Source: Pelomyxa schiedti
Taxonomy: Eukaryota > Protista > Evosea
Reading direction: 5' to 3'
Assembly: GCA_020536535.1 (NCBI GenBank)
Contig: JAHLWZ010000792.1
Coordinates: 1-64,000 of the forward strand
DNA: 64,000 nucleotides
Each line of letters begins with the position of its first letter. The first letter of the stretch is position 1. The notes beneath the pieces were generated by a model. That model had not been told where the DNA came from. It did not search any database and saw nothing but the letters and a program-made list of their open reading frames with translations. Both the position numbers and the translations under genes were made by a program. Shown in pieces: positions 11,278 to 22,125 of this stretch.

Positions 11278-12975
11278 GTGAACCACGACGTCTCTCGGTC
11301 TCTCCTCGAGCGATTTTGTGTGATGTTTGTGAATCACTTGCCGTGGAAGGTGTGTGATAGCACACCAGCCCATTATTGCGATCTGGTGGGACCAAGGCCG
11401 CTTTACGCCAAGGACCAGTTCGTAACCCTGGCGTGTGGCGTCATTTCTACGGGGTCCCATAACCACCCACCACCCAGCACTTCTCAGTCCCCTGTTGTTA
11501 CCAACAGCCAAGGGTGCGGAGGCGGCCATACCGACGTCGAAGTGGGAGGTTCCTCCCATAACCGCGCCTTGGGTCTGCTGCCAATGTGGCTTCTGGTCGA
11601 GTGCATAGGAAAGAGGTGGGTCATGGCCAAGGAGAGGGTAATCACAGTGTCGTTGTCGCCATACACTCCCACGAGCCGCCACGGCCACGACCACGACGAT
11701 TCCGACATTCTGGCTTCCAAGTTCTCTCCCACCAATCTCTGCACGGTGCAGTCGTCAGGCCAGCCGAGCCTGAAGGAGGAAGACAGGCTTCAGGTCGCGA
11801 TGTCAGGCACGCTGGGGCTGTTGGCTTGGAAGGTAGATAGCGTTATCATGTCATGCGGCGACAATTTTTATGGCGCAGGGTCCCTTGTTTGTGGACACAT
11901 TGGGGATGAGAAAGAGCTGAGGTGCGGGGAGGACCCGAACATGTTCTTCTTCCCGACATACCAGGTCTATCTGCATGTCAGAACTGCAGCCTCTGATTCT
12001 GGAAGGGACTGCGTTCTCATGGGAGACATCATGAGCGAGCCTCTTACTTGCTGCAATGAAAGCTGGATACTTTTGGGTGTCCTGGATCACCACAAGTTGT
12101 ATGTGTGGAGATCAACGTCACCCGGGGAACAACCTGTGAAGGTAATTGAATTGCCCATGCTGGCGACTGCTGTCTCAATGAAGTTCTTTTGCCCAGCTGA
12201 GCGTGACCCGCACTGCAACGATGTCGAAATTATCTTCACAAAGGAAGAACTCAATACCGAGGTGCTCTGTGTTGCCCACTTTAACGTAAAAGGTGCAGTG
12301 GATTTCCCTCATCGTTCACAATCATATTGGTTGAGATCCATTGGAAGTGCTACACTCCCTGAAGGCATCAGTGCCTTGACTCTCGGTCAACCACTGGTGA
12401 ACCGTTCTACAGAGGACTACTTCTTCCCCTTCGAAAGATATTCTGCAAGCTCACAACAACTCCAGCAGAATCTCCTGCACCTGCGGACAGGGAATGTATT
12501 GACGTGGCTTGCAGACAGCACTGGGATTGCTGTCAGAGCTGTTGACGAGTCCCACCTTGCCACAACAGATGGCAACAACATCACAACATCTGTGTTCTCC
12601 CTCCATGACTTGTCCTCGCAATTCAGTGCCGGTAGTGGGAACCAGCAAACACAAGTTGAGCCAATCTTTGTCCACAAGCATCCCAATGGAACAGTGCAGG
12701 TGTCTGTTGGTTGTGGGCTGGTCATATCCAGCCGAATAATACAATCACACTGCGTTCTTCAAGCACCACACAAGCAGGAGGAACAACAAGAAAATGAATT
12801 TGTTGCAACAAGAAGGAATGCCCCAGTGGTGCCATACTGTAGCGCCACACATACGTATTGCCACATTGGTTCTCAGCATGACTTGTGTGATGTTGCAACT
12901 GGTTCTTTACTATTCTCTTTCAGATACAACAACAAAGTGATGCTTCCTCGTGCACTTTCAGTCGATAAAACCTGA
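11278..12975 (+). CDS. Intronless hypothetical protein (about 550 aa), paralog of 3777-4931
   Basis: 565-codon uninterrupted ORF. The first in-frame ATG is about 15 codons in, so the start is uncertain. Shares ordered motifs with 3777-4931. Confidence 0.8.
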   Translation: MNHDVSRSLLERFCVMFVNHLPWKVCDSTPAHYCDLVGPRPLYAKDQFVTLACGVISTGSHNHPPPSTSQSPVVTNSQGCGGGHTDVEVGGSSHNRALGLLPMWLLVECIGKRWVMAKERVITVSLSPYTPTSRHGHDHDDSDILASKFSPTNLCTVQSSGQPSLKEEDRLQVAMSGTLGLLAWKVDSVIMSCGDNFYGAGSLVCGHIGDEKELRCGEDPNMFFFPTYQVYLHVRTAASDSGRDCVLMGDIMSEPLTCCNESWILLGVLDHHKLYVWRSTSPGEQPVKVIELPMLATAVSMKFFCPAERDPHCNDVEIIFTKEELNTEVLCVAHFNVKGAVDFPHRSQSYWLRSIGSATLPEGISALTLGQPLVNRSTEDYFFPFERYSASSQQLQQNLLHLRTGNVLTWLADSTGIAVRAVDESHLATTDGNNITTSVFSLHDLSSQFSAGSGNQQTQVEPIFVHKHPNGTVQVSVGCGLVISSRIIQSHCVLQAPHKQEEQQENEFVATRRNAPVVPYCSATHTYCHIGSQHDLCDVATGSLLFSFRYNNKVMLPRALSVDKT

Positions 12976-13065
12976 GCTGGTGATAAATAAAAAGATGATT
13001 TGCAAATCACACAAGTGTTTGTGAAACCAACAACAAAAATTTCAGAATTTGGGTCTGATCACACA

Positions 13066-14220
13066 ATGAAGCGAAGGCGACGGGGAACAGGCCCACGGCC
13101 GCCTCCACCGCTACAGTCACAACCGGGACAAACATCACCCGGGGCAGTCGATGGACAGATCGGCCTGGACCAACTGCTTCCCAGTGCAGTCCTGGACCTC
13201 ATCGTAGCCTATCTTATGTCCCCTCCCTTCCCCAGCCCAGCCCCGCCGCCCACCCCCAACGCCAGCGTCCGCGTCGCCGTCGCTCGCTCCCCCGCCGCCG
13301 GCGGTGTCCCCCGCGGCGTCGCCCTGATCAACTTCGCGCTGTGCTCGAGTGCGTGCCTGGCCGCCTGCGAGCGGGCCAGCATGACGCTGCGGGTGAGGTC
13401 GCTCGCGAGGCCACGCTTCGGGCTGCTCGCTCTTCCCGACTCCGACGGCGGCGACGACGAGGCATCCGCCGGCGTCTCGGAGCGGCTCGTGCGGCGAGAC
13501 CGGGACGAAGAGGCGGAGCTGCAAGAAGCTGTCTTGGCAATGCACAAGGCGCTGTACCTGAAGAAGTGGATACGGAGCGTCCACGAGTCTGTGCTGGGTG
13601 CGATGAGGCACCCCGTCGCCAGCAGCAGCGCCCACGTGGACGACGAGGGGATGGAGTGGTTCACGTCCAGGGTTTACTGCGTGGATAGTGAGAGGGAGGA
13701 GGTAGACCACGAAGAGGACTACACGGAGCTTGTACTCAAGGGTGTGGTGTGGTTCTACCCGAGAACGCAGGCGGGAGGAAGGGAGGTGACTAGGAGGGAC
13801 CAGAGGGTGTTTGTTTATTGCCACGGGCATCTCAGCACTGAGGCTGACGAGGAGGAGGCACATATCACTGTGTGGTACTGTATTTCGGACTGCGGCTGTG
13901 TCCCGAGGCCACCAGCATCCTGGGTGCCACTGGCAGTCCAAATGGAAATGGATATGCACAAGCAAATGCAAGGACAAAATCAAATGACACAAACAGATGG
14001 AAGAGAGGATGGTACATCCTCAGCACCTTGGGTCAGGGTGGCAGAGAAGGATTTGAATAACAAATGGCGTGGATACCAGGGAAACAAGGCAGTAGAGCCG
14101 TCGCCGGTTTGTGTGACTTTGTGTGGGCTTGCTGGTTTCCCCGCAGACCAGAGTTGTGAGTTCCTAACAGCCATCGCAAAGTGTGCTTATTGTGGACCTC
14201 TTCTTGAGGGAAACGAGTGA
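13066..14220 (+). CDS. Intronless protein with F-box-like N-terminal motif
   Basis: ATG at 13066 (MKRRRRG). LDQLLPSAVLDLIVAYL...LINFALCSSAC resembles an F-box with an insertion. GC-rich coding signature. Confidence 0.7.
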   Translation: MKRRRRGTGPRPPPPLQSQPGQTSPGAVDGQIGLDQLLPSAVLDLIVAYLMSPPFPSPAPPPTPNASVRVAVARSPAAGGVPRGVALINFALCSSACLAACERASMTLRVRSLARPRFGLLALPDSDGGDDEASAGVSERLVRRDRDEEAELQEAVLAMHKALYLKKWIRSVHESVLGAMRHPVASSSAHVDDEGMEWFTSRVYCVDSEREEVDHEEDYTELVLKGVVWFYPRTQAGGREVTRRDQRVFVYCHGHLSTEADEEEAHITVWYCISDCGCVPRPPASWVPLAVQMEMDMHKQMQGQNQMTQTDGREDGTSSAPWVRVAEKDLNNKWRGYQGNKAVEPSPVCVTLCGLAGFPADQSCEFLTAIAKCAYCGPLLEGNE

Positions 14221-14235
14221 CATTCCAAACACCTC

Positions 14236-14395
14236 TTCTTTTCAGCTTAATATCTGAAAGCTGCCCATTGGGTAGCATCGATATTAAACTTATTTTTCGT
14301 GGTTGCTGGGGGTGTCCTCTTGGTGGTGGGGCTTGCTCCGCGGAAAACCTTTTTCGGCACCCTGAAATTCTGTACCTGCTTGTGGTGATTTCGGC
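14236..14395 (+). pseudogene. U2: 5'-truncated U2 snRNA copy (lacks about the first 40 nt including the branch-point pairing GUAGUA)
   Basis: TTCTTTTCAGCTTAATATCTGAAA matches the U2 stem IIa region (TTCTTATCAGTTTAATATCTGATA in vertebrates) with a compensatory pair. Also present: stem IIb GCTGCCC-att-GGGTAGC, conserved ATATTAAA, Sm-like TATTTTTC, stem III GGGGCTTGCTCCG and a loop IV-like ATTCTGTACC. The 3' end is approximate. Confidence 0.78.
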
Positions 14396-14411
14396 GGTTA
14401 GTTGTAATTCC

Positions 14412-15621
14412 ATGACAGACGGAGTGGAGTGTGTGGACAGTTTTATTGTTTTTCCTGACACCGTCGTTTCATTCATTCTTTCCTTCGTTCTCGACTATGA
14501 CGACCTGCTGTCGGTATTTCCATTTCTTTGGCTATTTTATGCCATCTCCTCACGCACACAAATACACCACTTCTAGTGTCGTCTGGCGTGCAGGAGGTTC
14601 AAAAATCTGTTGAATGCAGAAGAGATTGTTGAGGCACAAGGGCGACTGCGTCTTGCTCCTTTTTACGATGCTGCATCACCTCCTGCTGAGATTGCATCAT
14701 GGAGAAAATGTGTCACCATGTTTCCTCGCACTTATATGTTGGTTGAACATTCCATGCATTCTTTCGACGCTCCTCTGAACCCTTTTTTAGGATTTGCGGT
14801 CATTCTTTAATAGCAATGTTGTGTTACCGTGTGATGGACATGTCACCGACCCTGGTGCTTGTAGTTGTGAGGGCTTAGGCAGTTACTATTTCTTTGGTAT
14901 TCGTCCACTACAATTCCAAAACTCTTTCCTTGTAATTGAGTAATTACAATAAAAGCTGTGGGCTCCCAGATGCCCAAGTCCGGTCTTTATCTGAACGGCG
15001 TTCCTTCTCAAATGGGTTGGGTCTTCTCGGGTATTGGACCTGCCCTTTCTCTCAAGATCCATTCACAATTGTAGAAACTCGGAATGCCATCGTTCAGTCC
15101 TCCAATGATTTTGACCTCCACCTGACACCCCTCACTACTATGCACACATCAGACTTTCCCTCAAAAATCAATCGGGTTATACTATTCTGTACTCTTGGGT
15201 GCAACCACGGTGGGACACCCATTTCTGTGGACATCTCCTTCAAAGATGGAAGTGAAGTGAATCGAACTCACGTAATACCGGATTGGAATGGCTTTTCACC
15301 GGCTGCAGTGGGAGGAGTATCACGCTATTGCACTGGCCCCAGGTCATTCTTCCTCCGTTATCTAGTAAACTGACATTCCCAAGAATGCAACCGGGAACAG
15401 GTCCGGATGGCTATCCTTGGACAATCTATCAAGTGAGCACCCCGGTACCACCTTCCTCACCAATTACCGGTGTTCATGTGCGGAGCCCACACTTCAGTGG
15501 GGGTTATCTCGTCATTATGGCTGCCACCCTACAATACGTGGAGGATGCTCCCCCAACAAGTGTAAATGCTCCAGTAAATACAAATCCACATGGAAGGAAG
15601 AAGCAGACTGAAAAATCGTAA
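14412..15621 (+). CDS. F-box protein with C-terminal beta-sandwich (carbohydrate-binding-like) domain, multi-exon
   Basis: FIVFPDTVVSFILSFVLDYDDLLS|CRLACRRFKNL is an F-box. C-terminal LRSFFNSN..ISFKDGS..IPDW..IYQVSTPV..ITGVHV..VIMAATL resembles domains attached to bacterial glycosidases (from memory). Confidence 0.6.
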
Positions 15622-15724
15622 ATTCCTCTCTTCTTTTTCAACAACAACTCTCAATCTCCGTAGCAAAACAAAAAGCAGTTTTTTTTCGAGGTTCTTTTAA
15701 TGTGGAGAAATTAAAATACAAACT

Positions 15725-18508
15725 TCAACCCAAGAGCCCCAGTGAATGTGCCATAAAGGTGTAAATCTGTGAATTGTGAGTATTCCAAGGACCAGGCAGA
15801 GGGAAAGCATACATCGGCAACTTCTTCAATAGCTTTCATAGTGGGCTTTCCTGCACCATGCCCAGACTTCACGTCAATGCGGATAAGCAGAGGTTTCGTT
15901 TGGAACGGCTTGTTGCCTAACTTGGACTGCAATTCCGCTATAAACTTGAATGAGTGTAGTGGAACTACACGGTCATCGTGATCAGCTGTTGTTAGAAGTA
16001 CCGCCGGGTAGGGCACATCATCGCGGACAGTATGTAACGGAGAATACCTAGCAAGAACGACTGAGTACTAATAAAAAGTGCAAATCGTACTTGATGATGT
16101 ATTCTCTTTGTTCTGGAATATCAGCATTTCCTTTTTTTTTTCTTTGTCAGAGATAAGAACAAAAGAACAAGGGAAACCATATTCAGTTGTCCACGCATGC
16201 CCAATTGTAAATTTATGGTATCTTAGCATGTCTAAGACACCAACTTGGGAAACCGCGCAACCAAAGAGTTCGGGATGTTGATTCACAGTTGCCCCAACAA
16301 GGAGTCCTCCATTTGAACCACCAAGGATTGCAAGTCTTCAGGAGTCAGATTACATCATTTCAAATTAAGCCTCATACTTTTGGGGATTAGTATATTGACT
16401 TGTAAACAAGTATTTAGCAGCTGCAACAAAATCATCAAAAACATTCTGTTTTCATGAATGTTAGTGGTCAGTGGTGAGGAGAGAGAGGAAAAAAAAATCC
16501 AAACCTGCTTCTTTTCAAAAAGGGCAGCCTGATGCCATTCCTCTCCATATTCTGAGCCTCCTCTTAGGTTTGCAATAGCCCAGCACAGACCATACTTCTT
16601 CATAAACACAAGCCTCAGAGGATTGAAAGTTGGTGTCACTTAGTAAGCATAAGTAGAATAATGAATTCGAGAAGGCAAACTTGCTATATTGAAGCCTCCA
16701 TAACCATAAAGTACTGTTGGATTGTTACCATTCAATTCTGTACCCTGGGTTGAAGTTTAGTTTGAAAGTGCGATGTGAAACCAGAAATAACCTTTTTCTG
16801 CAAAATAAACATCGGTATGCGAGTACCATCTGCACTATTGTAGAAGACCTGTTTCCCGAAGGCTGATTAAGCTCTAGGAGTTACAAGTTGGGTACCACAG
16901 ACCTGTTTGGTCTCAAATTGGTTTGAATCAATCCCTGGAACAACAGTAGTCCGTAAAATGCGGATATCTAATGCCCACTTCTCGCCCACAGGACTTACTT
17001 CTCCCCTTAGAACAACTGTGGGGAACAAAAATGATGTGAACGAGAAAAAGAATTCTCTGTCCCGCTTCTTTCCACTGAATTCAGACACGGAACCAATATC
17101 TGGGAGAGGGACCTCGGATAATAAATCTCCTGTAAACAGGTTTCGTAGAGTAAGAACATCCTGTATGTACATCAGAAACGCTATTTTTAATACAGTGAAG
17201 GAGTTGTTACATGAACATCATGCATGTAACAAACTGCTAGAATGTCTTTTCTGATACAAGAAACAAAGGTCAGAACATCGGCAGACTCCGGGATAACATC
17301 GGACCACACTAGCGTGCTTACTCCTTCATTTCCTCCTGTTCCACTCTGCAGTACTGCAGAGAGATCAACACGAACCACTTTGTTCTTGGGTGCTTTCTCG
17401 TTAGTTTTGAAGAAGAACATTCCTTCTTCATTTGTGAGGTAGCTGTACTCCCAATCAAGTTGGTCTACGAGCAACAAAAATGGAACAGGCCTGCCTTCTA
17501 CGCGGCCAAGTGAAGCCAATCTCGCATTAGTTATCCAGAGTTTATTTGCAGGCTTGCATCCCTCCCACACTGTAGCAATCAACCAGAGACCATCATCTGT
17601 GAGCTCAACACCAAACAGCCTCTCTGGATTTTCTGGGTCATCCACAACAATAACATCCTTAGATTGCGGAGTTCCTAGCTTATGGAAATAGACGGTGTGA
17701 TGAAGTGCGGTTTCCAGTTCCATTCCTGCTTTGGGTGCTGTTGAGTCCGCGGCTGTAGATGCATCTGAAACACTTGGCTCAGGGTAACGGGCATAGAAAA
17801 AGCCAGTATCGTCATGGAGCCAGGCAATGGATGAGAACTGTGTTTGTTTAAAATATGCAAAAGAGGTATTATAGCAACAAATACCTTGACCCACTTCAAA
17901 ACGTCGTCTGGCAGTTCGGCGCGGTCTTCCACGTGCATCACGTGAATAGTTACCCAGTCCGACCCAGACGCAGACAGCCCATAAGCCAAGTACTCGCCGC
18001 TTTCAGAGAAAGTGCTCAGGCTGATTGCCACAGTGCCGTCCTTGCTCATGGTGTTAGGATCCAGCAGCACCCTGGCCTCGCACGTAGCGTCAGGGCCGTC
18101 GTTCTGCAAAAACATCACGTGCTGGTTCTGCAGCCCAGTGTTGGCGCTGTGCATGTATCTCCTCCCGGCCTTCCTGGTGCACGTGAACTTGGGGTAGTTG
18201 TACGCCGCGGCAAGCGACTCCTTAAGCTCCGACCTGCACTCCCTCACTCGCTCTTCCTCGTACAGCGACGCCGTGACAAGGTTTTGCTCCTCCACCCACT
18301 TCGCGATCTCGGAGTCGTCGGCCGAGCCCTCCAGCCATCGGAACCTGTCGTTTTCGGCCACAAACTCCTCCGACACTCTCGTCACAGGGTACTTCCACCT
18401 CCGTCCCACGCCACTGGCACTAGTAGATGTGGTCGTTGCAATCTCCGTGTGTCCGTCGCCAGACGTAGGCCCCGGAACTGCGACACCGTCAACTGCAGCG
18501 TGGCTCAT
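15725..18508 (-). CDS. PREP: Prolyl oligopeptidase (S9A), multi-exon
   Basis: Motifs [48 protein letters not shown], catalytic [17 protein letters not shown] and KSGHGAGKP. Confidence 0.95.
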
Positions 18509-18751
18509 TACGATGACAATTGAATAAAATAACGAAAGTGAGCGTAGCATCCTTTGGCGCTTTCTTGGAATGAACTCAAAGCAATTGGACTTGCAATTAG
18601 CCACAACGAGAGGCAACACAAACCCCACAATGAATTTGTGTTGTGCCCAGTACTACCCAAAAAAGAAATGCAAAGAAGGTTTGTGGTCTAAATTGCTAGT
18701 GAATGCAGTGGTTTGCATGAGTTGTTTTTTTTGGTAATACAGAAAGACAAG

Positions 18752-20933
18752 CTAAGACAAAAGAGCCTTGAATTTATCAGTGTCAGCTCCAATATCTGAC
18801 AGGAAGTTGCTTAGGTCCTATTTGGAAGTAAATAACTAGAATGCATTAGATAGGAACAGCAACCTCGTCATCATTGACTGAAGACTTGCTATCTGTCACA
18901 ATTGCCGGCCGTGGTTGTACAGTGCCCACGGAAGCTGTTGTTTCTGGTTTTTTTGGCTTTGGGGGTGGTGTTGAATTTTGTACAGATTGTGGGGGAGTGG
19001 TTGTGGTAGTTGTAGTGGTGCTTTTGCTTCCAATTGATGAGCTGATTGCGGTATTTATAGGAGGGTTGGGGGTGGCTGGCGGCAATGATATCGTTGTTGC
19101 TTTTTTTGGCTTGTTGATGGCGGATTTCAGGAAGCTTATCACGTTGGCTACGGGTGGTTCATTTGTTGTGTTACCGGAAGGTGAAGAGAGGTGGCTTGGG
19201 AAAAGTGGAGCAGTTGTGTGAATTGGGAGATGAGGATTGGTGGGTGCGTTTGAACTCGGGTGTCCTGTGGTTGTATTTTGGTTGGTGGGTGCAGAAGAAG
19301 CGGGGGCTGCCGCAGGTTGCGTGGAAACGATTCTTGGCTTCGGAGAATCACAAACAATTTGAAAGTCATCAAAATCATCTGCTTCGCCATATTCAATATT
19401 AAAAGGTAAGAAATGTAATTCAAACCTTTATGTACAGGTCTTTTACTCTGTGTTCCTTGGGTTGTATTACCCGGTGGTGTTGAGGAAGTAGTTGGCGCGG
19501 GGGTAGAGGCAGTTGTTGTGGAGGCAGAAGGGGCTTCAAGGCTCTGTGTAGTTGCGGGGGAAATTTGTTGCTGAGGGGCTTGGGGTGGTGTAAGTGGATG
19601 TTGTATTACTTGCGGAGTTGTGGCGTTTGTGGGTATTGCAGGTGCCTCTGATTGTAGTGGCATTACAGGAGCAGTTATCACTGACTCTGAGGATGCATCT
19701 TTGTTGGTTGCGCTTGCATCAGGTACCGATTGGTGTGAGGTTGCATTGGCAGGAGAAGACTTAAGTTCCACATGCGCCAAATGGAGGTGTGACTGTGAGA
19801 TCTGTAACTCTTCGACAAGTTGCAGCTGTTGATGGTTAAGTTGCTCCTTAGTCAAGGATATATCTTTTCCTCCCTGTTGTATACACGGTAGTAGTCAAGT
19901 ATGCAAGTAAGAGAACGTACATCCGATTCTGGCTCGGAGTCACTCCCAGACACAGCTTCAAGCTCAAAGTCATCTGAGCTCGACGGAGTGGAAAAGGAAC
20001 CTTGAATTTTTTCAATAAAGTAGAGAGAAGGGTAGTCCGTACTCAGAGAGAAAAATTGCTTTGGTGCAAGTTTCGTATCTTCTTTTGGAGGAACCTTGAA
20101 GAGAGTAAGAACGACAGTGTAGGGGAAAAAAAGCGAGAGATGGAGAGAACATTGTTAGTGGGAGCAAGGGCTGCTGAAGTGTCCAATACTACAGGCGCAA
20201 CTTCAACAGAAGGAATGGGAGCAGGAACAGCAATAGAAGTTGATGCTGGTAAAGAAACCTGTGTTGCATTGACAGGTGCCTCAATTTGTTTGTGAGATTG
20301 TTTGGGCTCTGAGGCTTCGGCATCCATAAGTACTTTGACAAAAGAATCCACATGGGTTTGGAGAACCTGGCCAACCATCTGTCCAAAGTTACCAGGCTTG
20401 AATTTGATTATTGTATACAATTGATATGTGGTGCTGAATAACAGGATCAGACATCATAGCTCTCATCACCGGGAGTATATCAACAGAGGGTATGTTTTGT
20501 GGTACTCCATCATACACTAATAATAAATAGTATCAAAGAAGGTTTTGCACAAGGAACAATAAAAAAGCTAAGTACAATTGCAATTATTGTGTAGTGTAAT
20601 TGTGACATGACAAATCACCAACCTTCAACTTGCAAAACCAAGACACCAAGTATCAACTTAAATGCGTATAGCAAGTCGTCGTCTGAGCCCAGCGTGATCC
20701 TACAATATGTGATTATGGGTGCGCAATACGGCCCCAGCAGGGGAATTTGCACACCAGTCACCATCAATGTCGCGGTACCGCACCATCAGACGTGCGGATG
20801 CAGGCAGCCCATAATTGCGTCGCAGGGAGACAAGCAACGAAGAGAGGGGACAACCAACAGGCACATCGAATCTCCTCTTGTCAACACCCAAGATACTCTT
20901 GACGGTTCGAGATGACGCGGCCGTAGGGTCCAT
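18752..20933 (-). CDS. PB1-domain protein with long S/T/P-rich region, multi-exon
   Basis: N-terminal VKSILGVDKRRF...VRYRDIDGDW|ITLGSDDDLLYAF is a PB1 domain with the OPCA motif. Last exon DLSNFLSDIGADTDKFKALLS then stop. Confidence 0.75.
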
Positions 20934-21077
20934 CAGTTGTTCTTGATCTTTAATGCAACAAATTGGGCAAAGAAGAAAGCAAAGGAAAAAACGAAAAAGC
21001 ACGTGGGTTTGGGGCTCACAAAGCGCCAGTTGTTTTTTTTTCCTTCAAAAACTCAAAGTTGCTCGAATTTGCTGCTG

Positions 21078-21917
21078 TTACAGGTCATACATGTCAATAC
21101 CAAGCAGTGCCTTGCCGTTGTCGTCCATGCGTCCTTTCTGGTCAGTTCGTAAGAAAGTTGTGCTGTGAGTGAGGAGGGAAAACACACCAAGCCAATTTGG
21201 AGCTCTTTGTTCTCTACAGCAAGTTCCCCATCTTTTGCCTTCCTTGCCTCCTTGTACATCGTGTTCCTATAAGTGCACGAGTCAAGATTTGTTGGCATAG
21301 AATTGAATACGCGTACCAGAGGTCTTTGTCACAAGCACCTTGTTCCTTTATGGCCACGTTGAACCTGTGACAAGCTATTGAGCAAATCGCAATCACTACG
21401 AGTACGAGTGATCAGACTCACCAGTTGTCTCGGACAGTTCCAGAAATAGGCACACTCCACAAGCAGCACACCATGTAGTTGGTCTCAGAGATGTTGTAAG
21501 TAGCGCAACCAGCAACGCCCTTTGGAGCTAATGTCCTCTTTCCATAGAGACTGGGAGCACCTTGACCAGCTCCGACGTTGTCTGGGAACTCGTAGAGTGA
21601 ACGGCCCTTTTTGTTGATTATTGTGAGATGCAAAACCCTTATAAAGGGAATTACCGAATCCATGTAGAGCGACGGGGAAGACATTTGATGCTTGTGGGTA
21701 TAGTTGTTAATACCAACAGCACAAAGCCTGTGTTGACGATAGGCCTTAAGCCATCCTTGCAATGTTTCAGTGAGCCTAAACAACATCGCGTGAGATATCG
21801 TGATGTATACAACAAAAAAAAAACATACTCTTTCCCAGCACTGACTGGTTGTGCCTTCCTCTGATCTTCGTTTGTAGCCGTGCTTGCTGTGGTTGTTGTA
21901 GTGGTAGTAGCAGCCAT
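21078..21917 (-). CDS. Actinoporin-like protein (193 aa, 6 exons)
   Basis: Exons 21917-21829, 21775-21655, 21606-21422, 21364-21317, 21266-21188 and 21137-21078 total 582 nt in frame, all GT-AG. The protein ..ELTETLQGWLKAYRQHRLCAVGINN..YMDSG..KGVAGCATYNI..LWSVP..DNWFNVAI..DKDLWNTMY..GLKGRMDDNGKALLGIDM is colinear with equinatoxin-type RKIAVGVDN..YFRSG..GAVGVLAY..FSVP..NWWNV..GFMNSSGHAILEIHV. Confidence 0.8.
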
Positions 21918-22125
21918 TGTTGCAATTGGTTATCTTCAAGTAACTCTTCAAGTACGATTTAATGATTTCCTTTACTCCCGAAATTATAAAGGCACACTGC
22001 CGGCACCTCCTGTCAAAAACAAAAACACCTTCGACATAAAAATAGAACAAGATGTCAAACCTTTTTCTATTTTCTATTCCTCATCAAATGTCTGCAGTTG
22101 CCAAAGGGGAAATTAATATCGCGAA

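Noticed and set aside
13135-13992. Long antisense or alternate-frame ORFs here and at 4178-4941, 17855-18523 and 54105-54914
   Set aside because: Shadow ORFs expected from GC-rich coding sequence on the true frame.
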